A stretch of 63,609 bases of DNA, the filler included, from Choristocarpus tenellus KU-1152 (Eukaryota; Protista; Phaeophyceae): NCBI GenBank assembly GCA_964200185.2. It is 8 parts of 8 records of this genome, joined end to end, with 100 filler letters (N's around TTAATTAATTAA, not from the genome) between each part and the next. Parts side by side here need not be neighbours in the genome. Positions count along the whole stretch, not along the records: positions 25,597 to 36,649 come from CAXNAD020002538.1; positions 36,750 to 46,246 come from CAXNAD020003630.1; 6 more parts are not named here. One strand, 5' to 3'. Positions within the stretch are counted from its first letter, which is position 1; each line of letters begins with the position of its first letter. The notes beneath the pieces are model-generated. The model was not told the DNA's origin. It saw only the letters and a list, made by a program, of their open reading frames with translations, and did no database searches. Made by a program: the position numbers and the translations under genes. Below, piece by piece: positions 25,597 to 38,264 of the stretch.

Positions 25597-25750
25597 GTCT
25601 ACACCAGGGTGTCCATTTGGACCAAAATCAGGAAAATATGCATTTACATTATCCATCCGACGTATGCAACCAAATCACTCAAGAATCGCGACATGAAAAA
25701 ATTGACCCCAAATGGACAGCCTCCACACACACCCCCAGATAGTTTGAGCC
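25597..25750. mobile_element. MITE, G-rich TIR subfamily (truncated by contig start)
   Basis: Homologous to 8317-8473 and 52411-52598. Confidence 0.8.
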
Positions 25751-26969
25751 GGATCAAAGAAGCAAAAACAATGTATATATACTGCAGAACGTCCTCGTAT
25801 TCAGTAACCAGAATTGATTTTTAACTTGCTTCTCTCAATACGAGGCACAAAGAGTGGCCAACAGATTGGAGATCGTGGAGGACTTCTCTCAGTATAATTT
25901 GGCAACTGTATATGTCCTATCCACTCCTCCAGGGTATCGACCTGCCTGAAGTTGTAAGGCCCCAACAAGTAAGAGTCGCAACTTCTGCACACTTCTGTGG
26001 TACTTTTGTGAAAATAAATAAGATAGTATTGTAGTAGGTATCGCTAGATGCGAAGTTGTGGATACTTGTTGTGGATACTTGTTTTGTACGGAAATAATTA
26101 TCAAGTGGGATGTAAGGATGAACTACGCATGGGCACCGTTGAAAGTGACACGTGGGAGTAGCCAAGAGTATCATTGCAACATTTTCGTCTGCGAGGGAGC
26201 ATTTCTGTCGACTGGTGAATCATGTAGACAAATTGTATAGAACTGATTGCGAAATGAGGTGGAACGATAATCTTTGTTAGAAGTGACTCGCAGGGTCACT
26301 CAAGAGGGTAATCTCTCAGCAAGTGTGTCTGAGGCAGAGATATCAGAAAATAACGCATAAATGGAGATAAAACCACATTCCCAACTCAGTCCTTGCGGTT
26401 GCGTTGAGAAGAGTGTGGATCCCTCAGGTCCCATCACCAACGCGTTGACAACGATCTCGACGCGTTGGAAGGTCCGATGAAGCAAAGTCCTGACGCCTGT
26501 GCTCGCACTTACATCTTCATCATATTACCCTGATGTTAGCCATTTTTAGTCCAAGGAAGAAGGTAGGAACTTTCAGGACAAAAGCCTACAAATCCCACCT
26601 CGTATTCAAAAATAGTGACAAGTGGAGGGATATGATCGCACTGGGGGAGTAATGTGTACCAAAAAAGTGGCATACAGCTGTGCCCAACCATGAAAATCAC
26701 ATGGTTGTTCAGGATACTGCTTCTGCATAGTACTAATGTGGAGGATTGGGTCCAAACAAAGCTTAACCTCCTGGTACTACCTTGACACCCCTGTGGACAG
26801 AAGATACCGACATTGAAATATCATTCAGGACATGTTCAATATTCAAAATGATCAGCGCGCGATCGTGCGAGTAGAAGGTCCTAAAACAGGAATAGAGACC
26901 ATACATCTAGGTTTTTGTTGGAGGGTCAGACGAGAAAAGGGGACGACGGTGTGTTGTGCGTTCGCGGGA

Positions 26970-28895
26970 ATGAGGACCATGCTGTCTGCATTAGCCGCTA
27001 CAGCCATCTATGAGACACGCGGTGTCGTAGCGTGGACTGCACGAAATATTGGTCCACTAAGAGCTGCTGCTGGGTCGTCGCGTTGGATAGTACCTACAAC
27101 GCGAGCGTCAATGAGCACTGAGTCGCCTCAGGATATCGCTAACTTCTTCGCGAAGCCAACGTGAGTCGAGCCGGGCAGCCTAGGAAAGTAGAGGTGAGAC
27201 TGGTCTCTTACTTCACTTCTCTTGTTTTGCCCGTGAGACTATGAACAACACCTGGAAGTTTCTCTCTTCAATGGCAGGTTCCAGCCCGTGATACGGAAGA
27301 CAGAGACTCCAGGTTCACCCTTGTCAGAGAGTAATCCTGAGCATATCGTGGTAGTGGACTCATTCCTCGAGTCCAAGACTGCTTCAAATCTACGCCAAGT
27401 ATTCGATGACAGGTTCGAGAAACCTCGCGAAGGCAACGTGGATCGTTTCGTGTGGGACTGGTGGCACGTTGCAAATCAATATACGTTGGTGAGCAACTCG
27501 ACCAATCCGGAAATGCCAGATTGTAGAAGATGTTCCTGTCATGAGAGTTAATCTATTAGTTAGGATCTTGCACAGCTCCAAACGTCAAGTGAATCCATGT
27601 CTCACTGAGGCCTCAAACGCTTTCTGATACAGATGCGAACGCCAGCTGAAGAATACTTTGGACCGGAGGCATTCTCCACACTTGTTGATGAGTTGACTCT
27701 CTATGGCCAGGAAAACCTTGGGTGTACTTCCATATCTCCCCCTTGGCTGAGCCTATACGTGGATGGATGTGAGCAGCGTTTCCACACAGACTCATGGCAT
27801 GGACCGTGGGCCTTTGTCCTGTCCCTGACAGGTAGGTTTCATGTTACCCATCATCTAGTCACTTGAACCATCCAGCCATTTCAGTCACCATGGATCTAGT
27901 CCATTAAGCATTTGTTATAATGTCGAGGATGTTTTGCGTGGAGCTGCTCTTCATCCTTGCCGTGAAGCAAAAAGTCGAAATACCGCCTCCTTTTTCACAT
28001 TACCTTATTGCAATCCATGTGCATACCCTGTCCTAGATTGGGATGGCCGTGGGTTTACTGGTGGTGAGACAATGATCCTCAAGCCACACGTTCTTGACTA
28101 CTGGCGGAGCTTTCGGGCGGGAGTTGGTCTAGAGGAGAAGCACTTCCTGGATGAGATTGAGCCACACTTCAATCGCCTCTCCATCTTTGACCCTCGATTT
28201 CCCCATGGCGTCCGAACGGTTGCCGGCACTCGAGACCCAAGAAAAGGACGTTTGGTGTGTGTTTTGGACTATGGCGATGTATATAGATTTGCAAGTGCAG
28301 GGAGGACGTGCGGGCTCCTTTTGTATAGGCCATGTTGAATACGTCACACTGACATTATGTCAGTACATGTTTTGAAGTTGTAGCACATTCCACATTTTAC
28401 CATACCAACCAGTACGGCACTCTCATCACTAATGGTGCCTTCCCCTCGATATATCATCATTGATCATTGAACCCCCTAAACTCCGATGATGCTGCCCACC
28501 CCATACATATTTTTTCCTAGGTAATCCATGGGTGGTTCACAGACCCGCAGCCTTTTTTCACGGGTGGTCTCAGTGCGGAAGAAGCGACTGATCCACTCAA
28601 TGCAGCACTGGAGGCAGTGTTCCCTTCCCTTGAGAATGCTGGCCGTGTGACAGGAGTACTCACGGTGAAACTACATGTGTCGGGTGAAACAGGGGCCATT
28701 GTTGGTATGCAGGCGTTGACAGATACCTTGGTCACTGACCCCAATGACGTCTGTGTGGATGAAGAAGGAATGCCTGAAATGCCTGAGGATATGCGTAGAG
28801 ACGTCCTTGCTGCAGTGGAAGAGGCTCTGTCTTCTGCCCAGTTCCCTCAGGCAGGGTTGGATACTTTTATCACGGTACCATTTGTGTTTGAGTGA
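26970..28895 (+). CDS. 2OG-Fe(II) oxygenase-superfamily protein with N-terminal targeting presequence, complete, 5 exons
   Basis: Exons 26970-27160, 27278-27488, 27633-27831, 28037-28254 and 28521-28895 are phase-compatible. HxD (FHTDSWH), FTGGET, FDPRFPHGV and R-L-V-I-H-G-W-F fit the double-stranded beta-helix fold. Confidence 0.85.
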
Positions 28896-31664
28896 ATTGG
28901 AGGTGTTTGCATATTGTTAGGGATTTCTGAGTGTTTTATGGTTGTTTTGAGTCCTTGAGTCGAACAGTTGTTGTATAGAGAAAATATCAGTTTCTTAGAG
29001 AGTCTTGAGGAGACTTTGAGATATTGACATCTTGCCGTTCTACTGCATTTGTGTGATGTAGAACCCTGCCAGGATATTGTACTCTTTTTATTGAGTCCAT
29101 TGATGTGGAACCGCCTCACCTGAGTTTAGAATCTTCATGTGTTGCAGCATTTGAAGAATTATTGCCTGTTGCACTTGGTATGCAGCAGGGGAAGTCATTC
29201 TACTTCTCTCTCTCTCTCTCTCTCTCCTTCTCTGGCTGGTTTGTTGGTATTGCACAGTAGTATAACTCATACGCTCATGTGCACATCAGGTTGTGCCATC
29301 AGACCTTGCTGTGCCCTGTGTCACCACCAGAAATCCAAGATTGGATAAAAGTACGCTGGGGAAGGATTAAAAAATTGTGGTAGACCAGTGAACATGAACT
29401 GTCTGTCATGATACGAGTCACGAAAACCTTTCCTTGATGACATCCACAGCACTCACTTGCTGTATTACCACTTTTTGGAGCGCTAATGACCATGCCAAAC
29501 ATGCCAAGGGAATTTTCCAAGTGTGTGCTGTTTGTGCCCTTTGAACAGCATTTGATGTTGACACCAAACGTGGCATGAGTTGAACTTCCTGTTCAGAGTC
29601 AAATACTAGTTATCTAGGCCTCCAGATCAACACCATTATTCTTTTCTGTACCTCTATAAAGTGCTGTGTATGGTCTTGCTACACATCCCAAGAGTGACAT
29701 AGTGTATTGCTGTACAACGTGCTGTTACATTCCTACAACGGCTTGATTGACCGCTACCTATGATCGTACTCTACGATATATTTCACGAAAGAGGAAGAGG
29801 AGGGATTGTCTGAAGCGAAACAAACTACTGCACAGTCAGTTGTGTTAGCAACCAGCAAGAACTCCCATGAATTGTCACAGCACATTGCAGTAGATATCAA
29901 TTTGCTACTTTATTTGTGGCTGACCTGTCGATCTTTTTTGGTGCATATGTAGGGGCGCAAGGCCTAGTAATAGTGGATACTCCTGGCCAACCAAAGTTCA
30001 TCCTGTTGTAAAAGCAAGTTTAATTTAATTCAATCCCACTTGTTGACAATCAGATCCAAGCAAAATAATGACCCATCCATGCGTGTCAATCCATCGGCAT
30101 GACGGAATTGGAATCTCTACCAATTGTCTCGCAATCGATGATAGTTTTTATGATGTAGCAGTGTATTATATTTGTGTGTTTGTTGCTCCCTCTTGTTATT
30201 TAGGTTGAGTGTAGAAGCTCCAATAATGTTACTGTCCAGCTACCTTGAACCTAGCCCCAAATTGTGGTTAGAAGCACTTCTACAGTACATGTGCTGCAAT
30301 ATATACTATCACCTCAGTTTTAACTGCAAACTCAATGCACCAAATAATTAGTAAATACAATAGCAGTACATGATGAGATGTGGGAAGAGCAGTAGTGGAA
30401 CTCAGTAGTTGTCAGTTTTCAGTATGAACAATAAATAGCGTAACTCAATAGAAATATATTTAGTAATAATACACAAAGTGAGACATGTTCCCAAACATCC
30501 AAACCTGTGTTCCCACCAAACGAACTGTGTACTTCACAATATGCAGGCAGAACATGAAGGTACGTTCCTTAGTCTGTAATGTAGAAACTCGACACTGCAG
30601 ATCTAATTCAAAACCACCACACCCAGTCAATCATCCTCAAACCTCCAACTTTAATCCCTTCACCCTACTTCATTGACTGGTTTTATGGGTTGGTGTCTGA
30701 CTTTGTGACCCCTTTGAGAAATGACATACCCATTCCATGTGGGATGTTCGGCAACCATCTACTATTTCTGGTTTTATTTTTGTTGTAAACGACGCTATGG
30801 TAGTTATACCAGAAGTGAATACTACTACTTTGTAGTACCTTTTTTGTAGTGCGTAACTCAGTAGTAGCTATGTTGTTGTACTTCAGAGTATGTTGGAACA
30901 TCCAACTCCTAAATATAATAATAGTGGTGCAAGCCCAAGTCATCATACTTCATTTTTTACTTTATTTTAATGGATTGATTTATGGTTTCAATCATTATCT
31001 CAAGTGCCGTATCATAACCACTCACTCCGAATTGTACACCTACCTGCCTTGATCTGGACTATCCTAACTTTTCTTTCCTCTACTAGAAAAACGCCCGACC
31101 AAGAAGGAGGCAGCAAGGTTTCATTCCTGAGGGACAGAGGAAGGGTTCCAACAGAAGAAGAATAGTCGAGGGAGGAGGTGGACTGGCGAGGAGTGGTGGG
31201 GTGGTTGAACCTAACGTGCGAGAAAGCCAAGGTACAAACGAGTCTGTGGTATTGCAACAACAGTAGTTACAGTAACTGTAGTAGTAGGTTATATGAAGGG
31301 GTATGCAATGATAGTGTTTTGTGTAGTGTGTATGGAGGAGTGTTAGTGATTTGACACGAACAGGTGGGGATTGTTCTGATATCTGAGGGGTTATTCTGAC
31401 ATTTGAATGTTTTTTCATTTGTTTTTCCTGTGACACGTCTGACTAATGTTAAGAGGTCATTATAATATAATATCTGAAACTGAACGAGTTTGTAAATTGT
31501 AGTAAGGGGAACATTGAGGTTGAATATTGAATATGGTAGGTTGCTCTGTGCTGCTATAGAATCTTGCTCTGTAGCAATTTCACTACACCTTCTCTCATTA
31601 ATCCCTTGAACACCAACTTGACCTTTGTGTCGTCAAAGGGGACTGCAGGAAGATAATAAGCACG

Positions 31665-33506
31665 ATGTTCCAGGACATGGAATCTATCGTTATGGTTTTT
31701 GCGGGGGTTTGCTCCGCTTTTGCTGTGATTCTGTCTGGTATGCTCATTCGCAGGCATTTGCTCCACTTCTCCCGACCTGTAGTACAGGGGAAAATCGTTG
31801 GCATCCTATGGATGGTGCCCATTTATGCCGTAGACTCCTTCCTTAGCTTGCGTTTCAAGGAAGGGGCGGAGTACGTTGATATGTTGCGAGACTGCTATGA
31901 AGGCTATGCTCTCTACCTTTTCCTTGCCCTCATGGTGGGGTACCTTGGAGATGGGGACGAGTACAAGGTGCTTAACACTGGACCGGTCAGAGAACAATTC
32001 CACAGCGTTCTTGCTGACGTCTTGCTAGTTATTATAGTTAACTGCTGACGATACCTATGCACTCTAAATCGTTATTACCCCCGTCCACCTGTTATTCAAG
32101 GAGGAAGGTGTAAACGATTTGTTGAACCTTAGAGGCAACAACTCAAATGCCTCATTTTTTATACTAGGTAGGGTACGGGAACCAAAATTCTCGAAACTGA
32201 AATCTTGTAAAGGAACCAATCTCGGTGTATTGACTGTAGTGTATTGAATTCGTGTCAGCAGACCTTAGACTGTGGGTGCTGCCAAGCTTCAGGCCTTGAC
32301 TTTAGACATACAAGTTATGTACTTCCGCTTAGTCACTATCAATCGATCTCAGCGCCAGGCATTCTCGCAACACTCCCACCTCCCTCCATACCTAATCCCC
32401 TCATGTGTGTTTCACGGGAGGAGGTGGTCGACATTTTGGAGGAATGTCCAGTTGTGGAGCACGCCCGACCTTTCAAGTGGCTCTTGAAGGGTCCCGTTCC
32501 TCATGGGAGGGCTTTTCTTCGTTTCGCCAAGCTCGGAGTGCTGCAGTATAGTATAATCAAGCCGGCCTCCGCAATAATGGCGTTTGCGCTCACTCCCTTT
32601 GGTCTCTACAAAGAAGGCGACTTCAGCCTCAGGGGGGGGTGGCTGTACATCGTCATTGTCTTAAATCTGAGCGTGTCTTATGCTTTCTACTGCCTGGTAC
32701 TGTTCTACGTTGTCCTGAAGGAGCCACTGAAGGTGCATGATCCTGTGCCGAAGTTCCTCTGCATCAAGGCGGTATTATTTTTGAGCTTTTGGCAGGTACG
32801 TATCGTGCCTTGTCAAGCAGAGGTAGCAGATTTGAGACCAGAGGAGCGAAGGAGATTGGATCACCATGTGTCATGCCCAATGCTATGCAATGCCATTCGA
32901 GTCCTCGTCTCTTTGCTTGGCATCCCCAACACTAGACCCTACCTCTAACATATTCTCTCCTGTTCTCATGGTCCTCCACAGGGTATCATCATTGCCGGTC
33001 TGGCTACTTTCGATTGCATCCATGCAATTGGGAGCTGGACAGCAGAAAATGTTCAAACAGGCATCCAGGACCTCCTCATCTGCCTTGAGATGCTGGCAGT
33101 GGCAATTGCGCATACTTCCGCTTTCTCGTATTGGCCCTATGTAGACGGAATGACCCAACGGGATCGTTCCAGTCTGCTTGAAGCCCACTTCGCCCATCAC
33201 AGTGCCATCCGAGACTTCAATGAAGTCATGCCCGTGCTCCTGCCATCCAGTTTCCGCCCCGGCCCTGCCCGAACAGTGGTGCGCATACCATCAGGAGAGA
33301 GAGGAAGCTTTGCCTCATGGATGGCTGCAGATGGTGCCAGAAGTGCGCTGTTTCTGCCTAGCACACCGAGGGTGGGGCGAGGGAAAGGGGGAACGGGGCA
33401 GAACAGGGATGCAGAAAATGGAGTGGAGGGAATGGACTCATTGAGGGAGAGCCTTCTCAGTGTGAATGATGAGCCTGGGGGAGAGGGGGATGATGAGGAC
33501 CGATGA
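31665..33506 (+). CDS. TMEM184/OSTalpha-family transmembrane protein
   Basis: Exons 31665-31967, 32424-32795 and 32982-33506. Motifs ILWMVPIYA, LRDCYEGY, GVLQY..KP, PKFLCIKAVLFLSFWQG and QDLLICLEM..AIAH..AF. The true start may lie upstream (see findings). Confidence 0.92.
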
Positions 33507-36421
33507 CACAAGTGGAAGGTGCAAGTGGAAACGTTGAGAGGATGTGTTAGAGTCGTCTTATCTTGGCCCTCAGCAATTACATGGCCCCCACCCTGTGTGT
33601 TGTATATAGTTCTTGTGTAAAGGGTGAAGGGTAATGATTTAGATGTTTCGTTAAGGTTGGCTTAACTGTGGGTTAACAGCAGACAGGACTGACAGGGGAA
33701 CACTTTCTCCAGGTGGTGATACAAGCGAAATCCCCGACTCCCCTGCGCTAGATAGGAGAGTAGGGCCTCCGTGAGTATGTTGAAACGGTGTGTACAGGGG
33801 ACCACTTATTTTGTACATCTTTTTGAAGCATGTATGTGCTGGTCATGTCTGCGTATCTCCTATTCAACAATTCTGCTGAGTTGGAGCACACCTTCATGTC
33901 CTGTGCTGCTTTTACTTTTCTTTCAGTGTATACCATCATTTATACTTCCAAGATTTTTTAAAGATGAACTTTATAAGTGCATGCTTGGATGTAGGCGCTG
34001 GTTTCACTAGAAGCAAAGGTTAAGCGGTTATTTTCTGGAGACCAGCACTTGTACAGTATTAATAGCATTGTATGTACAAGACAAGATTTGCGCCTATCTT
34101 TTTTGAGGAGATAATGGCATTTTTGAGATCGGTGTGGTTGGGGTATGATTGTAGTACTGTTAAACATCCAGCTGTGGATTGCTGGTGAGGCAAACTTGTG
34201 AGGGGTTCAATGCTGCCCAAGAGGCAGTTCAGGGTGGGCGTGCTAGTGGGTATCCTGTTGCTAGTCCATAGTGTATATGATGCATTCGCTGCCTCAGCTA
34301 CCTGCCGCTGGATAGAGGTGCAGCCGGCACCTTGATGCAGAACACAATCCTTTGGAGCTGATCTCCTCAGAGCGTAGGTCACTTGAGTGTTTAGACTGTT
34401 AAAAAAAAATCAGCCTTTGAAACATATTTTCTTTTAGTTGGCCACAGAGTCTATAAGAACATGTGTCTCTCTGCCCAAACATAAATAAGGTGAGGATTGC
34501 AATTTGGAAAAATGTTTGGATGGAGAAAATACCAATATTGACCCGGATATGCCAGGTTTGACTTCCTGCTTGAGCTGGAACGCAGAACTCCATGTCTGCC
34601 TGCTTGTGTCACGATTGATTCTGAATGTGTTCACGTAAATAATCAGACAACTGGTACAGTTAAGTTCGGCTATGTTATTGTATTGACCGAAAGAGTGCAC
34701 TATAAAATGTAGACCTCTACGCTGTGCACCACACAAACATTGCTGGTCATAGCCAACACTGGAGTAATTGCATCAGGACCCCAGATGTTGCGGGATGTGG
34801 ACCTGGACCTACCAGTAGTGTGGGTAGAGGTTGTATCCTCTTGGCTGGTTGAGGTAAATCACGACTTCCATTGTACTGTCTCATCCGTTACTACTACTGT
34901 AGGAGTTTACTGTCCAGAAATCTCGTGGTACCTTGATTCATGAGAAAGAAAAGGACAGCCCATGCGGAAATTTTCTTTGCACGACAGTGGGTCGATGTAT
35001 TGACATCTTGTTGGAACGTGTAGACTATCAGTGAAGTGACACTGAACTCTCTACTATATCCACATCCACACTGAGGATGACTTACAATTTGGAGGTTGTG
35101 GGAGAGAAAGTCTGTCATCATCTTCTCATGACCTTTTCTCCAAACGAAAAAGGCCAGAAGTGAGCAGTAGTCTTCCGTTTCAATAGACTTTGTTCACCAA
35201 TGACCACGGTCAGAAGCACCATCAGTGTACACTTGCAGGATAACAAAACAAGTAATCATGAATCATAGTAACAGAATGCTTGGGGATATTTGGAAAATGT
35301 GGGACGAAACAAAATAATCAGTATTGAATCAACATTATAAATACAGAATGGGAGAGGATGGATTGCGAATTGTATCATCACCCAAAGAAGGACAAAAAAA
35401 GGCAAGCAAAACATAATTTTTCTCACTGAATTCAGTCTTGCTGGTTTCTCCTCTTCTTCTAGCTGGTCAAAGCATACCAGCGGTATGCTGACGTGTCACC
35501 TCTGTATACTTGTGTATCTATACATAAATGAGCAACGTGACAAGAATGTATAGTATTGGTCTTCTTCATGAAACTTGAGAAAACCACGAGGCGTTCTTGC
35601 GGTTTTCTCAAGTTAACTATGGTAGGGAGCAGCGCACACAATAAAGAATGAGAAGGTTTGGTGGTTGGGGCATTATGGTACATGTACAACAAGATTGTAG
35701 AGAAGTGGTTCGTTTGAAGTTTTTTATTTATCGTACTTAGTACTCTGAGTAAAAAAAACAGAGAGGTAGGCAGGTTTGGACCCTTTTGCATTCTAAGCTA
35801 CCTTTCTTAGTCCGTGCAATACACTCTATTTCATTGCTTTATGTTCATAATAGTGTACGCAAAATTGACGCGGTGTACCATACACAGAGTACTGCATGTA
35901 GTTTGCACATTTTTTACTTACTAAAAACGCCTACAACATAGTACAATTTAAATTGCATTCCATCCTCGATGACAGATTGACACTACTATATCTCCACATG
36001 TCATTCACACGCACCTATATTATCTCTACAAAGATTTTTTGGGTACTACTGCTAGTTTTGCTTGCCATTTTGGCTTGCTGGGTGAGATGAACCTGTTAAT
36101 TATTATGGTTTGTGTTCAAAAGTATGATCTCGAATTGGATCATGTCTCTGGGCTGGGGTTACTCTAGTCCTCATAATCATCTGATTCTGTACACTACATT
36201 TCCATGTTCTACACTCTTATCCCTGCCCCATCCGCAGCACCAAGCCTACGCCCACTACCCTCTGGTATATCCATCATCTCCTCCAGCCGTACTCGATTCA
36301 ATCCTCCTTTGCACTGCTGGTTGATCCTTCCACCTTTGAATATTTTATCTTGTTGTGCTGTATGGCATCCTGTGAGGTACTTAATCATCAATTCGTCAAT
36401 GACATATATCCATATCCCTGA

Positions 36422-36466
36422 GGGTCAAAGTATCTGGGGGGGGGGTGCCGGCGTCCGTTTTTGACC
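36422..36466. mobile_element. 45-bp mini-MITE with TGA target-site duplication
   Basis: TGA-GGGTCAAAGTATCTGGGG...TTTTGACCC-TGA. Confidence 0.6.
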
Positions 36467-36760
36467 CTGACAGAGATGCAACCCACCCATAAATCATGGG
36501 TTGTGACACACACCAACCACGCAGCAGAGTCTAATCACCTGTTATCTGTTGTTGCACATTATTACACAATAGTATTGCCTAACTAACCACTAACCCTTCA
36601 ACATACATGTTGTGGGTGGTGTTAGCAGTGCTTGTGGTGGGCAACCCCCNNNNNNNNNNNNNNNNNNNNNNNNNNNNNNNNNNNNNNNNNNNNTTAATTA
36701 ATTAANNNNNNNNNNNNNNNNNNNNNNNNNNNNNNNNNNNNNNNNNNNNGATATGTCTGG

Positions 36761-38220
36761 TCATGTCATCCCGGCTAGGAACATAAGTTTCCCCAGGATG
36801 GTGCGGTAGGGTTTGTGCCTCTGGTCCAGCTTCTCCTCGTCAGTTCTTCTTGCTGTCAGGTCCATTCCTGGGTTTAGAGGTGATGAGGTATTCCTTACTT
36901 CTGCATATCCCATCCCTTCTCGAACAATGCTCTCTGCATAGAAATGCTGGTCTAGTGTGATGCCAGCCTCATCCCTGGTGATTGCCACCCCAACTAACTT
37001 GTCTGGGGTCCCGAGGTCCCGTCCTTCGTACCTGGTAAGCAGATTGTTCTTCATCCTTGTTATTTCTTCGCGGTAGTTTCCAGTCAATGTGATGTCATCC
37101 AAGAAGTGAAAAAGAACAACAACCCTTCCATCTTCACTCCTTTTGACATACAAGCAGGCATCAAAGTTGTTAACACTCCACCCCTCAACTAAAATATTTC
37201 CCTTTAGCTCCTTGTACCACTCCATTGCTGATTGCTTAAGGCCATAGATGGCCCTGGCAGCTTTTACGATGGATCCATTGGGCAGTTGTAGCCATACATC
37301 TTCAGGAAGTGGTGGGTTTAGGTAGGCTTGAGTGAAGTCTAGGGAGTTGATGATCCAGTTTCTGTTAGCTGCTGTAGCCAGGACTATTTGAATCGCTTCA
37401 AATCCCACCACTGGACTAAACGTTCTGAAGTAGTCCACCCGTTCTTGTTGGGAAAAGCCCCGTGCCACCAGCCTGGCCTTGTATCTTTCGATTTCTCCAT
37501 GTGAGTGAAAGTATCTTAGAGGGTACAAGTTTTTCCCTGTTTGTCCATTTGGGGCTTGGCTTCCCACGGGTTTTTAAGGACATTTTACCTACTCCAAAAT
37601 GTTTCGGAGTAGGTAAAATGCATACGTTATGAAAAGATGTGTCCAGAACAAGGATATTGGCATCTCCTAACAAATATGATAGCCAAAATTACATCAAAAT
37701 TCCATCAAAATTCCAACATTGGATTTTGGTCCCCATATGGACGCGGCTCTACCCTCTAAGATACTTTGCGCCAAGAGACCGATTTTCACACACTCCTTCA
37801 AAGAAGTCACAGGACCCCGCTGAATCTGAATCTGCTACCTCCATTATCTTCTCCGGAGTCCATAGTGAGGTGTTGTCTGCTTGTTCCATGGTGGAGCATG
37901 CCAGGTGAGGGAGAGTGACCGTTGCCAAATAGCCTAAGTGGGGAGAGAGGGATCAGGAGTAAAGGAGTCAGGCAACTTGTTCGTCCTCCATCTCACTCAG
38001 GTGCGTGGCCAGCATTTGTGACCCTGAGCTCTCGATCACCTCAGCCATGCGGACTTGGATTAATTTATCTATTTCCACTGGAGCCTCTAGTGTAGCAAAA
38101 CTATTTGGGTTCGGGGCCAGGTTGATTCCAGCTGTGCCCAGAAGTTATAGTTATGAGGGCGTGGGCTGGTGGCCCTGGGGAGGTGCAGCAAAGGTTTTGT
38201 CCATGTTGAGGGTGTATTGA
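36761..38220 (-). mobile_element. Ty1/Copia retrotransposon fragment (reverse transcriptase)
   Basis: RYKARLVARGFSQ, LDFTQAYLN, IYGLKQSAMEWY, FHFLDDI and YRTILGKLMF in 36761-37502. Interrupted by a MITE at 37503-37772. The upstream extent is approximate. Confidence 0.9.
37503..37772. mobile_element. MITE, TAGAGGGTA-TIR subfamily, inserted in the Copia element
   Basis: TIRs AAAGTATCTTAGAGGGTA / TACCCTCTAAGATACTTT. Homologous to 51384-51640, 55575-55831 and 63063-63321. Confidence 0.88.
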
Positions 38221-38264
38221 TATTGCAGTAGATTCCTCAACATGTATCCACCATATCAATCTTC

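Noticed and set aside
25800-26530. Possible Cys-rich minus-strand gene upstream of the oxygenase
   Set aside because: Candidate exons could not be joined in compatible phases and no family motif was recognised.
36761-37567. 268-aa ORF as an intact gene
   Set aside because: Its first ~20 codons come from the inserted MITE read into the Copia RT frame.
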